Origin: Octopus sinensis
Lineage: Eukaryota
Length of the DNA stretch: 64,000 nt
Direction: 5' to 3'
Assembly (NCBI RefSeq): GCF_006345805.1
Contig: NC_042997.1
Span: forward strand, 24,614,001-24,678,000
Shown here: positions 40,138 through 53,744 of the stretch, one piece after another
How the letters are laid out: every line of letters starts with the position of its first letter
Numbering within the stretch: position 1 is the first letter of the stretch
Program-made: the position numbers and the translations under genes
The notes under the pieces: model-generated
Databases searched by the model: none
Told to the model about the DNA's origin: nothing
What the model saw: only the letters and a program-made list of their open reading frames with translations

Positions 40138-40142
40138 ATCAT

Positions 40143-40214
<72 letters not shown>

Positions 40215-40254
40215 TAGTAGTAGTAGTGGTGGTGGTAGTCGTCATCATCATCGT

Positions 40255-40333
<79 letters not shown>

Positions 40334-40648
40334 CGTAGTAGTAATACTAGTAGTAACAGTAATAGCAGTTGTAGTGGTGGTGAAGGTTATTATTTATTCG
40401 TTAACTTAATTTTTTTGTTACCTCCACCCTTCTTTACACTCCATAATCTTTTCTGGGCTATTTAGTGCATGTATAACACAGAGTGTGAGTTTTTTATTTG
40501 AATGAAGTGATAATAAAAGCCAAAAAAAAAAAAAAGAAAAGAAAAACATTATGATAACGACGACCATGACGACGATGATGATGGAGATGATAACGATGGT
40601 GATAACAACAATAACAATGATGACGACGACGACGACGACGACGACGAC

Positions 40649-40722
<74 letters not shown>

Positions 40723-40815
40723 CGATGATGGTGTTATTGCTGGTAGTTTGGGGGATGCTGATGGTGGTGGTAGTGTTGTTGTTGTTGTAGTTGTTGTTGT
40801 TGGTGGTGGTGGCGG
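39930..40815. repeat. Cluster of compound trinucleotide microsatellites (ATT, CAT, CAG, TAG, GAT, GAC)
   Basis: Direct inspection; another cluster at 42100-42305. Confidence 0.9.
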
Positions 40816-41283
40816 TGTTTTCTTTCGAGGACCCAAAGACATCGAGGGCAGCATCAAAGGACGAAATACAAAAGCAGGAAACGTGGTGTTTGCATGGATC
40901 AAAAGAAAATTAACGATAAAGAAATATCAAATGATATATTAACAACATTCTCCACCAAAATAAAAGAATTCGACAAGGAATAAGAAGAGCTTACCAATAA
41001 CATTGTCTTGATGTGGGAGACACTCCACGGCAAGAATGGCCTGAATTTCTCTGCTATCTCACAGACATCGGCAGTGCCCTCTTCCTGTTTCTTCCCTCTT
41101 ACTTAGAAAGTAATTCGCAGGTGAAGCACATCCAGACTCACCGATCTTGTTACTCTCATCCGCTTTTCGATAAATACCCAATAGGACTGAAATTCCCTCT
41201 TTACATTCACATTCCTCTTTAAATGGAACCCGAAGAAAATAATTAGAGCTTGACCAAATAGAAAGTTTCTCGTCTTGAAACCT

Positions 41284-41502
41284 ATTTCTTTTCTACCCAC
41301 AAGGAGCTAAATACAGAGTGGACAAACAAACGGATTAAGTCGATTATATCGACCCCAGTGTGTAACTGGTACTTAATTTATCGACCTCGAAAGGATGAAA
41401 GGAAAAGTCGAGCTCGGCGGAATCTGAACTCAGAACGTAACGGCAGACGAAATACAGTTACGCATTTCGTCCGGCGTGCTAACGTTTCTGCCAGCTCGCC
41501 GC
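41284..41502 (-). mobile_element. SINE family B, full length with TSD
   Basis: TSD cttgaaacct at 41274-41283 and 41503-41512. Confidence 0.92.
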
Positions 41503-42103
41503 CTTGAAACCTTTCAGATGAGCCCACCATGCACCCACATTCGCCAAACCTTGTTAGGAAATATTTCCCTCCTACAAATGTAACTTAGACGTGTAACTTC
41601 GTTACTGACAACTCGGACGTTCGACACAAACCCAAAAGTCGCTAATGAAAAGATGCTGAACGTTTGCGTGCAAGACGGCTTGGTCGCCTTGCACGCATCT
41701 TGAACAAGTTCGAGTTATGTTTCCTCCATGACTGTAGAGATTTTTAAAAATAGGTAATGACCTCTGAATTCGTATAACACTGCCTTGGACTTTGGGAAGA
41801 TGTCCGTAGTCCCCGAGCTGAAAATCCTCCAGAAAAGTTTCCTGAAACTGTTCTCATAGATCTCCAGAGTCAATTCCGGCCCAGGCCAGGCAGGCCAACA
41901 ATTTTTAACGAAAGGGGATGGTGTTGATATTCACCTAGGTTTAACTACAATAAATGCATGCTATGTCATCGACCCCGGAAAGCTCAAAAGTAATGTTGGT
42001 CTCGGCGGCATTTGAATTCAGGGCTCTGAAAGCCGAAAGGAATTCTGTGAGGCATTTTGTTCGATGCTCTAAAGATTCCGCCAATCCACTGCTTTGTTAT
42101 GTT

Positions 42104-42135
<32 letters not shown>

Positions 42136-42194
42136 GGTGGTGGTGGTGGTGGTGGTGGTGGTGGTGTAGTAGTAGTAGTAGTAGTAGTAATAGT

Positions 42195-42267
<73 letters not shown>

Positions 42268-42349
42268 ATGAGAAGAAGAAGAAGAAGAAGAAGAAGAAGA
42301 AGAATGATCCCTGGCTTACCATCCACTACTGAGGATTATGATCGTTAAT

Positions 42350-43585
42350 TAAAATACTTAGAAAAATACTCTACATATATGTTTTGAGTTTTCTTAGAAC
42401 ATAAAGACGACTGTGAACTTTTACAACTGGAATTAACAATTTAACAATGAAGATTATCACAATTGGCCTAAACACCTACTTGAAAAACTCTGATCACTGG
42501 ATGTTAAAACTTGTCTTAAAGCACGAAAGCAAGAAAGCATCATACTCAGTAAAAAAAAAACAGTAAAGGAATATCTAAGTGAATTCCAAATACAGCAAAT
42601 CTCAGAATTGGACGTACTAGAAACAAGCACAGAAAATGCTAAGCTTATGAGAACCTGTGCTAAAACTGCTGTTTTAGATAATCTTATTGATAGATGGCAA
42701 GAAAAAGCTCTTAATGGCAAATACCCAAAGAAAGCTAATAATGCTGATGTTGACAAAGCCCTTACCCATCACAAGCTAGTGTCTTTTGGCTTAAAATCAG
42801 ATCAATGCCTACCTACAAGGAGCCAACAAATTAAAGAACGGCAGTAGTCAAACACGTCGTGTATGTAAACAACAAAACGAAACCATTGATCATGTTGTCT
42901 CCATGTGCAGTCTTCTTGCGCCTACAGAGTATCTCAACAAGCATGGTAGAGCCGCACAGTATATTCACTGGGTAATTTGCAAAATCCTAGACCTGCTCCA
43001 CGATAAAACTGTTGGGAACACAAACAACCGTCAGTGCTTTGGGAATGATCACATCTCACACCTCTAGAGCTTCACCATTCAAACTGACAGAAAGAAAGAT
43101 GCAGATAGGCCAGACATTATACTGAAAGACTTCAGACAAAAATTATACCTCCTCATTGATATGACTGTCCCAATCGACATAAATGTATCTGTCAAGGCCT
43201 ACCAGAAACTGAGCAAGTAAAAAGATCTTGAAGTAGAAATTAGTAAAATGTGGAACCTCAAGACTAAAACAATACCTGTTGTCATAGGCGCCGTAGGAAT
43301 AGTAGCAAAAGGGGTTGATTCCTAACTGGCTAAGATACCAGGAAACTCCAAATTGGCAGAAATTCAAAAGATATCGCTCATGAGAACTACTCATATCCTA
43401 CGTAAAATACTGTCTATGTAATCTCAAAATTTAAAACAAACATATAATTTTCTTATGTTTTCTTAAATATTTCCTAGAATAATACCATATACAAAACTAA
43501 ACACATGACACCCTAGACATAACATCGACTTGAACATCTAAGTTGTTGTCTCTTGAGGTCTTTGGGTGAGACTTGGTGTCAACTT
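42350..43585 (+). mobile_element. R4/Dong-like LINE 3' relic
   Basis: 'WQEKALNGKY', 'CRVC....ETIDHVVS.C..LA..EY...H....YIHWVICK', 'TDRK..ADRPDII', 'EISKMWNLKT.TIPVVIGAVG'; frameshifted. Confidence 0.88.
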
Positions 43586-43677
43586 ACTACTATTTGTTTG
43601 ACTTTTGCTTTGTATATGTACAATTTATATTATTTAATTGAACGCCGGGCATCCATTTCAAAGTATGTTTATATATT

Positions 43678-44088
43678 GGCGCAGGAGTGGCTGTGTGGTA
43701 AGTAGCTTGCTTACCAGCCACATGGTTCCGGGTTCAGTCCCACTGCGTGGCATCTTGGGCAAGTGTCTTCTGCTATAGCCCCGGGCCGACCAATGCTTTG
43801 TGAGTGGATTTGGTAGACGGAAACTGAAAGAAGCCTGTCGTATATATTTATATATATATGTATGTGTGTGTATATGTTTGTGTGTCTGTGTTTGCCCCCC
43901 CCCTAGCATTGCTTGACAACCGATGCTGGCGTGTTTACGTCCCCGTCACTTAGCGGTTCGGCAAAAGAGACCGATAAAATAAGTACTGGGCTTACAAAGA
44001 ATAAGTCCCAGGGTCGATTTGCTCGACTAAAGGCGGTGCTCCAGCATGGCCGCAATCAAATGACTGAAACAAGTAAAAGAGTAAAAGA
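43678..44088 (+). mobile_element. SINE family A, full length
   Basis: ggcgcaggagtggctgtgtggtaag...gggttcagtccc...cagcatggccgc...tgactgaaacaagtaaaaga. Confidence 0.92.
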
Positions 44089-44162
44089 ATATATAAATGT
44101 ATATATATATATATATTTATATAGACATACACATATGTATATATTTATATATATATATATGT

Positions 44163-44216
<54 letters not shown>

Positions 44217-45061
44217 ATATGTATTTAAACTCATCAGTGATTATCGTGAAATGTTTCGCGACAATGTATCTATATTTGAGGCGTCTGTTCCTATGTAATA
44301 TAAGAGGATTACATAAAACCCGAACCTCACAACCACAATTTCGATCAATCAAGTATTTAGTCGATTGATTGATCGATATGATGTCAGATTTTGTGCTAAT
44401 TCGGTTTATTTTACATATGAATAAATGCATCCATACGCATTTGCATACATGCACATACACAAGCATATATCTATCTACAAATATATCTATCTATCTATTT
44501 TTTCTCTTTTCTCTTGTTCCTTTTCCTTTTCCTTTTTTTTCTTTTTATTCTTTTTATTTTTTATTTTATTAATTGTTTTTTGTTCTTTTCTTGATCGAAA
44601 ACCTACGCCACCCTTTTTTTTTTTGTTATCTTCATCCCCCAAAAGAAAAGCTCTACCTTGTAACTTGTCCCATCTGTGTGCAGCCCTGTGTGGCCAATAA
44701 AGAAACTTATCTATCTATTTATGTCTGTCTGTCAGTCTAACTTTCTATCTATCTCTCAGTCTGTCTGTATGAATGTATATATTTGTGGACGAGTGTTAGC
44801 ACTAATATATTGTTACAGTCACATAGTAATGATGTGACGGTTGTGTACTTTTTACTGTCTTTTTACTTTAAAAATCTTCAACACCTTCTCATCATTCCAT
44901 CTCACCAGCAAAATTGAGCGGTGAACCGAATGCTTCTGTACCACGTTAGCCCATTACCTATTACTTGAATTTGGCAGTTGCTTTATACGTTTTCAGTAAA
45001 TAACTGATACTTTAAGTTATCGGTCTCAGAAGAAATTTCTACCATCCTATATTCATGCATA

Positions 45062-45495
45062 TTCTAATTCTTTATCAAGCACTTTGACGGATATTTGTCC
45101 TCATCTTGTTTGTTGTTAACACAACGTTTTGGCTGATATACACTCCAGCTTTCATTAGGTGTCTTAGGGAAATTTCGAACCTGGGTTCTATTTCCTAAGG
45201 TATTTTTCGATGTTATTATTATCATCATTATTTAGGTCATTGACTGGAATCGAACTCGGAATCTTAGGGTTAGTAGACCACGCGCTTAACCACAACGCCA
45301 AATGACCATGGAAAATTGTGGAGTGAATTATAGGGCTTATAAATCTAATATTTCCCTATCCTTCCTTAATACTGGTTCCCATATGCTACTCATATCTGTA
45401 CTCGGTCTACTTAGGAGGTTGTTGTGTCCTAACATATGTGCTGCTTCTTTTAGTTTTCGTATTTTCCAAAGGTGTTCTCTGTTTATTATTTTAAC
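45062..45495 (-). mobile_element. 5'-truncated Penelope-like element: ORF C-terminus, tRNA-like module and hammerhead motif
   Basis: 45337-45495(-) translates VKIINREHLWKIRKLKEAAHMLGHNNLLSRPSTDMSSIWEPVLRKDREILDL*; 45241-45300(-) has A-box tggcgttgtgg and B-box gagttcgattcc; 45118-45163(-) is HHR-shaped. Confidence 0.75.
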
Positions 45496-46052
45496 TAATA
45501 TATTGTGTTAAAGTCACATAGTAATGATGTGACGGTTGTATACAGCAGCCTGTATTTTTGCTTTAAAAATTTTCAGCAACTTCTCACCATTCCAGCTCAC
45601 CAGCAAAATTGAGAATTCAAATTAATTAGCCCCGAAAAGCGCATATTAATTTGAATTCTTACTATCGAGTAACCAATTTCACGTTATTACGTGTAAGACG
45701 GTTCGGTATTCTCTGTAAATGCACAAAGAGCATTTTAAGGGCTGCATACTTTGTTATACTTTGTTTTGTTGCTGTTGGATTAGCGAAACAATTTTGAGAA
45801 GGGAACCAAGGGATAAACCCCGTTTTCCCGGGATTTACCGGGTACGTCAGCTAGTATATATATATATATATGTAAGGTATACTAGCCATCTCAATATGGC
45901 TAACCACTAAGGGTGGGTGTAATTGTAGCTTGTAGCCCCAGGAGATACTAGCCATATTGAGATGGCTAGTATACCTTACATTGTCGTGCAGTTACTGTTT
46001 ACATCTCCTTCAGAGATTTATTATTGCTATATATATATATATATATATACAC

Positions 46053-46385
46053 AAATATGTTACATTACTCGATAGTCAAGATAAAACTCTGAGTTTCAGA
46101 TGCCGAAGTGGGAATCCACGACATCTCTTCGGTTATCTGGCTATTTGAAAACCTCTTTAATAAGTAAGAACTTGGGATTATTAGTTTCTTTGAGTAAAAT
46201 TTCTAAGAGGGTTTTCAAATAGCCAGATAACCGAAGAGATGTCGTGGATTCCCACTTCGGCATCTGAAACTCAGAGTTTTATCTTGACTATCGAGTAATG
46301 TAACATATTTTTGTATAGAATGTCCTCTATTTACATAATATTGAGGTCTCTTTCTTTCTTTTGTTATCTTACCGTTTTACCAATA
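46053..46385 (+). mobile_element. PLE-like terminus with an inverted ~105-bp duplication, two hammerheads
   Basis: 46053-46156 matches the reverse complement of 46205-46310; HHR 46225-46284(+): agauaa CCGAAGA gaugucg..cggcauc u GAAA cucagag UU uuaucu; mirror copy 46079-46138(-); (TA)n on both sides. Confidence 0.82.
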
Positions 46386-47514
46386 TATATATACGTACAT
46401 AGATATACCTAGAGGCGTATATATATATATTTATATATTTATATATATATATTAATAAGGCTGATCCAGTTACATGTTATTCTTGAGATCAAGACCTGAA
46501 TTGATTTGTCACCTGTTCCTTATATGAGAATAGATTACGAAGATGGACAGGTCAATGGATCAGCGTAAATATACTATTATTTCTCCTATAATATTGACTA
46601 CAATTTTCTCATGTGTTGTGTGTGTGTTATTGGACCCTGGAAGAACAGATGCATGGAGTCTAGTCTTGACCAGCAAATCTTTTTAGGGATAAGATAAACC
46701 ACAACAATTAATCTGTCCTTTCTTTCCTAAGGCGATGGAATATGACTTAAAGTATACTTAACTGCTATTTTTAGCTGGGTTGTGCCATAATCTAACAGCT
46801 CCATATTCGTATGTGTTTCTGTCTGGAGGTTTGAATGTCTGATATGTATGTGTGTGTGTGTGTATGTGTGTGTGTGTGTGTATGTGTGTGTGTGTATGTG
46901 TGTATGTGTGTATGTTATGGACATACACACACAGGAAAAATAGTGACAAAAAACATTCTTTCATTTATTTTCTTCTTTGCATTGGTGGGGAGAAAATTAA
47001 AGAAAGTGCTATAAGAAGAATAATTATTCAGGTTAAAGTTTAATAGAGAGTAGGAAATGTTCTATTTCTTTTCATCGAAGTCGTTGTCATTTCTCTATTT
47101 CTTTTTGTTTCTGTTTCTCGAATAAAAGTCCAGTGACTCAGTCTGTTATAATATAATAAGTTGTATGGTTTCGTTCAGTTGAAAGTGCTTGGTCTTATTG
47201 ACTCTAATCCCGAGAAATCTTACTAAATATTTACCTCCAAGCAAAAACCGTTACAGCGGAATAAGAAGCCATTTTTTTAACCACCACCATCAACATTACT
47301 ACCACCACTACAACACCACCGCCAATGCTACAACGCCACCACCACTAACAACAACAACAACAACAATGACACCAGCACCACTACCACCACAAGCACCACC
47401 ATTCTACTGCCAAACATCCACTCACCCTTTCACTTACCTCGGTTTAGTTGAAAACACTGCGCTGCTGCTAGTCAAATGATAACAAAATAAAAGAAAAAAC
47501 ACCATATCCCCTGT

Positions 47515-47553
<39 letters not shown>

Positions 47554-48444
47554 ACTACTACTACAGAACAATAAGAAATGAAGAAGAATAAGAAGAAAAG
47601 AGAGAAGTAAGAGAGAGAGAGAGAGAGAGACGAGAGAGCATATTGATGATTACGGCGACAATAATGATGATGCCGATGTTGATGGTGATAACTATATAAA
47701 GGATATACCCCATACCTCACCGCTTGGTTCTGATTTCTGATGTGTTCCTTGCAGTGTCTTGTGTGAAGAAAGCTCTCTAGTGCTGTCAATTTTTATTCTA
47801 TAACCTGGAAACCGTATTTTTCTGTGTGTATTGGTGGCAGAAGAGACAAGGAAATATATAGTGAAAAGAAAGAAGAAATTTAAAAACGAAGGAAAATAAT
47901 AAAAAAAAAATCGTTGGTATCTAAAACACAATTCATAGAGACACAAATATACATACATATATACGCATTCACGCGCGTATATACATGGGGATATACATAC
48001 ATATATAAAAAAATAGTATTATTGGAAAGATTCCACGTTCGGATCTGAAAAAAGCGATGTAGGCAATAACTTAATGGCCGCAGCGGAAGTTAGACGTCGG
48101 AGTAAAAGTGTAAGATAACAACTATACAGTAGGAAAAGCAATTTAAAAGTAAAGGCCGTGGGTAGCCATGATGAGGATGTAAATAATATGTGTTTTTGTT
48201 CACTTTCGTTTATATACTTATTAACAAATATGTAAAATGTAATAAATTCTATATATTTTCTACTTTTAGAGCAAAATAGTTTGGTGAATATAAATGCTTT
48301 GATAATTATATCTGTTTAATTTAGGTGAGAATTTCCGAAAGGGTTGAAAGTTTAACCATTATTGTTACTGATACCAATTGCAACACGAAATACAGTTCTG
48401 AATACCATAAATTTATTACACAATAAGTTCAACATTTTCTTGTA

Positions 48445-49000
48445 ATACCGGTTTCAAATTTTAGAACAAGGTCTGAAATTTCAAGGGTTGTGTGTAAGTC
48501 AGTTACTTCGACCACGTTTCTCAAGTTGTACTTACTCTATCGATCCTTAAAGAATGAAAGGAAAAATTGTCCTCGGCGGAATTTGCCCGTGGTGCTAAAA
48601 ATTCTATCAGCTCACCGTCATATTTTCGACCACATTTCTCAAATTGTACTTACTCTATCGATCCTTAAAGAATGAAAGGAAAATTGTCCTCGGCGGAATT
48701 TGAACTTAGAACATAAAGACAGACGAAATGCTGCTAAGCATTTCGCCCGGGGTGCTAAAAATTCTATCAGCTCACCGTCATATTATCTTGTAACACTGGA
48801 TTCGAGTTTTGGCACAGGGCCAGCAATTTCCGTGAAGTGGTTAAGTCGACTACATCGACCCACAGTGCTGAACTGGTACTTATTTTATCGTCTCCGAAAG
48901 GATCAATGATAAAGATGACCTCGGCAGAATTTGAACTTAGAATGTGGAAACGGACGAAATGCCGCCAAGCATTTATCCAGCATGCTAACGATTCTGTTTT
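48445..49000 (-). mobile_element. Cluster of old SINE B-like copies with a local ~118-bp tandem duplication
   Basis: tcgaccac.tttctcaa.ttgtacttactctatcgatccttaaagaatgaaaggaaaa occurs at ~48508 and ~48626. Confidence 0.7.
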
Positions 49001-49127
49001 ATCCTTGCAGACTAGTGATTTATGAGTTAATTTATTTGATTTATTTAGAATATCAGATTTTGTATGTATGAACAGTATATTTCTTTGTGTGGGGTTGTCA
49101 AATAATTTCGATCATTTTTTACCATTT

Positions 49128-49525
49128 ACTCTTACTCTTTTACTTGTTTCAGTCATTTGACTGCGGCCATGCTGGAGCACCGCCTTTAATCGAGAAACTC
49201 GACTCCGGGACTTATTCTTTGTAAGCCCAGTACTTATTCTATCGGTCTCTTTTGCCGAACCGCTAAGTGACGGAGACGTAAACACCAGCATCGATTGTCA
49301 AGCAATGCTAGGGGGACAAACACAGGCATACACACACACATATACATATATATACATATATACGACAGGCTTCTTTCAGTTTCCGTCTACCAAATCCACT
49401 CACAAGGCATTGGTCTGCCCGGGGCTATAGCAGAAGACACTTGCCCAAGACGCCGCGCAGTGGAACTGAACCCAGAACCATGTGGTTGATTAGCAAGCTA
49501 CTTACCACACAGCCACTCCAGCGCC
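49128..49525 (-). mobile_element. SINE family A
   Basis: Reverse complement of the consensus. Confidence 0.9.
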
Positions 49526-50369
49526 TATCTGTTTTAATCCTTTCCAATATTGGTCGAATTAACATTAAAAACATTTTGATCGCGTTTCTATCATTTTGTT
49601 TTTTTTTTAGTTCTATCCTTCCTCTAAAATGTTTGTTTATCGTTTCTGAAATTTGAACTAATTTTACCGCTTTTCACACATATGACCATGAAGTGCCAAG
49701 TAGGAAAAACAAAAAAAGAAAAAGAGGAAAACGAACCAATTTATCCTACTCTCCAGTATAATTCTTGAACTACGGACCATTTATAAGTTATAAATCAGTT
49801 TAAGAGCATCAATGAAAAGATGACAAAAAAGGAAAAAAAAACGAAGAGAAACATCTTTGAAATTTTATTTATGGTGAAAATATCACCACATTATTCCAAA
49901 TAACCATTCGGCAGAGTTCCCAAAATCCGCCTGACCACGAAGAAAGCAGTATATCTGAACATTTCAATCTTCTGGCAGAAGATAAAAACTAACTGTTCGT
50001 TACAGTTGAGATTTTTTTGGCAACAAGTAATATAGGCATATTGTCCGAATATTTGAACAATTGAATGGTCGTTACACTGTCCGGATATTTAAGTTTGCAG
50101 TTGAAAAATAGGCAGAACTATAAAAAATTTATATATATATGTGATATATAGATGACTTAGTAACTATTTCTATTGACGTTTTTAGCTTCCTACTTTGCCA
50201 AAACACGCACCAATCATGCTAGACAGGTACAGTCACCTTAATTAAAAGTATCTAACTTGGTCTTAACTCGCATGAGACAATAAAGTAACTATAACAATCT
50301 ACTAGATATAGAAGACAAACTTGCTTGCAACTATGTTGTACAGTATTAAAAAGTATTAATACTAATGGT

Positions 50370-50863
50370 GGGCATTGGCGTCTGGTTAAGAAACTCGCTT
50401 TGTGGTTACTTGGTTTCATATTCAACCTGATTGTACTTCATCTTGCTCTATCTATCAATCTTCTACTCTACCCCTGGGTCGGTTAATGCTTTGTGGGTAA
50501 ATATTCAGAAGGAAACTGTGCAGAATTCTATTGTAGCTTGGCGCAGGTTTAGCTGTGTAGTAAGAAGTTTTCTTCCAAACCGCACGTTTCCGGGTTCAGT
50601 TTCCCAGCATGGAACCTTGGACAAGTGTTTTCTACTATAACTTTGTGCCAACCAAAGCTTTGTGAGTGGATTTAGCAGACAGAAACCGAAAGAAGCCTGT
50701 CATATGTATGTGTGTGTCTTTGCCTTTATCCTCAAGAACCGATTGACAGCTGATATTCGTGTTTAGGTCTCCATAGCCTCGATAGAAGTACCAGGCTAAA
50801 GCCTTTATGGCGGTGTCCTAGCATGAGCGCACTGCAATGAGTTAAACAGATAAACAATAAAAG
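50370..50863 (+). mobile_element. Two old, diverged SINE A-like copies
   Basis: Decayed head at ~50372; head plus tail at 50540-50863. Confidence 0.65.
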
Positions 50864-51717
50864 ATACATTGTATAATGCAGTTGTAAAAACACTGAATAA
50901 TATACGGAATGGGCATGGCTGGAAGGCGTCTGATTTCATGTTTATTCGGTTCGGTGTGCAACTTGATAAAAGTCAAGGAAAGTACTTTGGGTTTGTTTCA
51001 GCAATTGGTTTATCAAGCGAACTAGCAGAATTGTTACTGGGTGGAGAAAATATTGAGCAGCTTTCCACTAGCTTTATGTTCTGAGTTCAAATCACTCCAA
51101 GATTGACTTTGCTTTCATTCTTTGGAGTAATCAAAGTCGGTACCATTTGAACACCGGAGCCTTCTGACCAAATTTCAAGCCTTGTGCCTACAATAGAAAG
51201 AAGTATTGCTACTGGATTGAATAAATAGAAAGGTATCTGTTATTGGAGAAGTTTAAGACAATTATAACTCTTTCGTTTGATAATAAACAGGAGTTACAAT
51301 TATTTAATTCTCTTGGCCGTAGCTACGTTGAACATCTGAAATTTAAAACAGTTTCCAGACAAATAGATTGAATGTTCGTATGTATATGTGTTTCAATTAA
51401 ATAACATTGATTAGAAGTCTGAGAAGGGATTAACGAACACGCCAACACTCTGTATCACACACGCATAGGCACACGCGCACACATACGCATAGACATACAA
51501 ACAACACACACACACACACACGCACCACACACACACGCACGCACACACACACGCACACACACAGGCATGCTAACAGACATACAAGCACACACATAAATAC
51601 TCACACGAACATTTATATACAACCACAAACTCATAGAGCAGTATAAATACTGTATACGTTATATGAAAATACGTATAACAAAAGTATATATTAAATATAC
51701 TTGATGATGATGATGAT

Positions 51718-51753
<36 letters not shown>

Positions 51754-51998
51754 GAGGAGGACGACGATGAGGAGAAGAAGAAGAAGAAGAAGAAGAAGGA
51801 TGAGAATAAAATATTTATATACACAGGTTTATATTATATAAAAATAATGCGTGTGAGCATGAATGTATGCATATATGCATGTATGTAATGTATGTATGTA
51901 TGTATGTATGTATGTATGTATGTATGTATGTATGTATGTATGTATGGATGCATGTATGTATGTATGCATGCATGTACTATGTATGTATGTATGGATGC

Positions 51999-52031
<33 letters not shown>

Positions 52032-53129
52032 TGTATGTATGTATGTATGTATGCATGTACTATGTATGTATGGATGGATGCATGTATGTATGTATGTATC
52101 TATCTATCTATCTATCTTTCCCTTCCTCTTACTCTCTCCATACACACACATATACGACACAATACGTCTCAATATTGTGTTTTAACATGATATATATTTA
52201 TATTTATACACACATAGATACATAGATACATGTATGTATTTACACACACAAACACACACATATATACATGTTTATATATAAGCATATACATATATGTCGC
52301 GTGTATTTGTCTGTGTGTGTATGTATATTATATACACATATATTTATTATATACACATATATTATTATTTATCTAAGTGTGCGTGCATGGGTGCAATTGT
52401 AAGCGCATGTGTATATGAATGTGAGTATCCACGCGTGTGCATTGTATGTGCATGTACAAATGGGTGTGTCTGTGTGTGGGTGCGCGTATGTGTGCGCGTA
52501 TGTGGGTGCGCGTATGTGTGCACACATTATTAACAATACGTATTTCATATGCTCGTTTAGAAAATACAAGGAGAGAAATATAATGTTATAGCAAAATGAA
52601 AAATATTTTAGGGACAACAAAATTCCAAGAAAAATCAAATTATTCATGAAACATTCACCGAAAACTAGTTTTGCATGAATCCAATTCGGCGTAAGGAAGA
52701 AGAAGACATTAGGAAATAGTGCAATAGATACAGACAGAGTTAAGAGTTAAGGAGGAGAGAGAGAGTGTGTGTATGGGGGCCAGAAAGGAAGAAGAAAGAG
52801 AGTGGGAGAAATATATGAAATGAGAGAGAGAGAGAGAGAGATGAGGCAGTCAGAGAAATGAGATTAAAAAAAGATAGTGCAAATATGGAGAACGAAGGGA
52901 AAAAACAGATTATTAAGCATCTTATGAAGATAATAAGATCGTGTTTGAGGTTGCATCAAAAGTGACATGAGCAGATATTTTTGAATTGGTTATGAAAAAT
53001 GTATAGAAAATATTTATGTAGTGTGAAAAGTATAATATATTATTACGTGTATATTTCTGCTGCATATTCTAATAAGATTTCATGAGCAAAAGAGTGCTAA
53101 TATACAGTGCCTTGATTCTGTATATAAAC

Positions 53130-53214
<85 letters not shown>

Positions 53215-53312
53215 ATGTATGTATGTATGTATATGCACAAACTACACATACACATACACATGTATATATACAGCTAAATATATGTAAATATATACGCACA
53301 CTCATATATATA

Positions 53313-53522
53313 TTCTTTTACTCTTTTACTTGTTTCAGTCGTTTGACTGCGGCCATGCTGGAGCACCGCCTATAGTCGAATCAAATCGACCCCCGGACTT
53401 ATTATTTGTAAGCCCAGTACTTATTCTATAGGTCTCTTTTGCCGAACTGCTAAGTGACGGGGACGTAAACACACCAGCATCGGTTGTCAAGCAATGCTAG
53501 GGGGACAACCACAGACACACAA

Positions 53523-53577
<55 letters not shown>

Positions 53578-53744
53578 TACGACAGGCTTCTTTTCAGTTT
53601 CCGTCTAGCAAATCCACTCACAAGGCTTTGGTCGACCCGAGGCTATAGTAGAAGACACTTGCCCAAGGTGCCACGCAGTGGGACTGAACCCGGAACCATG
53701 TGGTTGGTAAGCAAGCTATTTACCACACAGTCACTCCTGCGCCT
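53313..53744 (-). mobile_element. SINE family A
   Basis: Reverse complement of the consensus. Confidence 0.9.

Noticed and set aside
39909-40942. Poly-D/N/S/M/Q ORFs resembling low-complexity proteins
   Set aside because: Trinucleotide arrays open in several frames and both strands; no splice or domain evidence
41010-41900. Possible host exon(s)
   Set aside because: No sustained ORF or convincing splice pair; faint resemblance to a decayed LINE 3' end
45241-45300. Functional tRNA gene (also considered for the SINE heads)
   Set aside because: Acceptor and anticodon stems do not pair fully and the segments are embedded in repeats; treated as tRNA-derived
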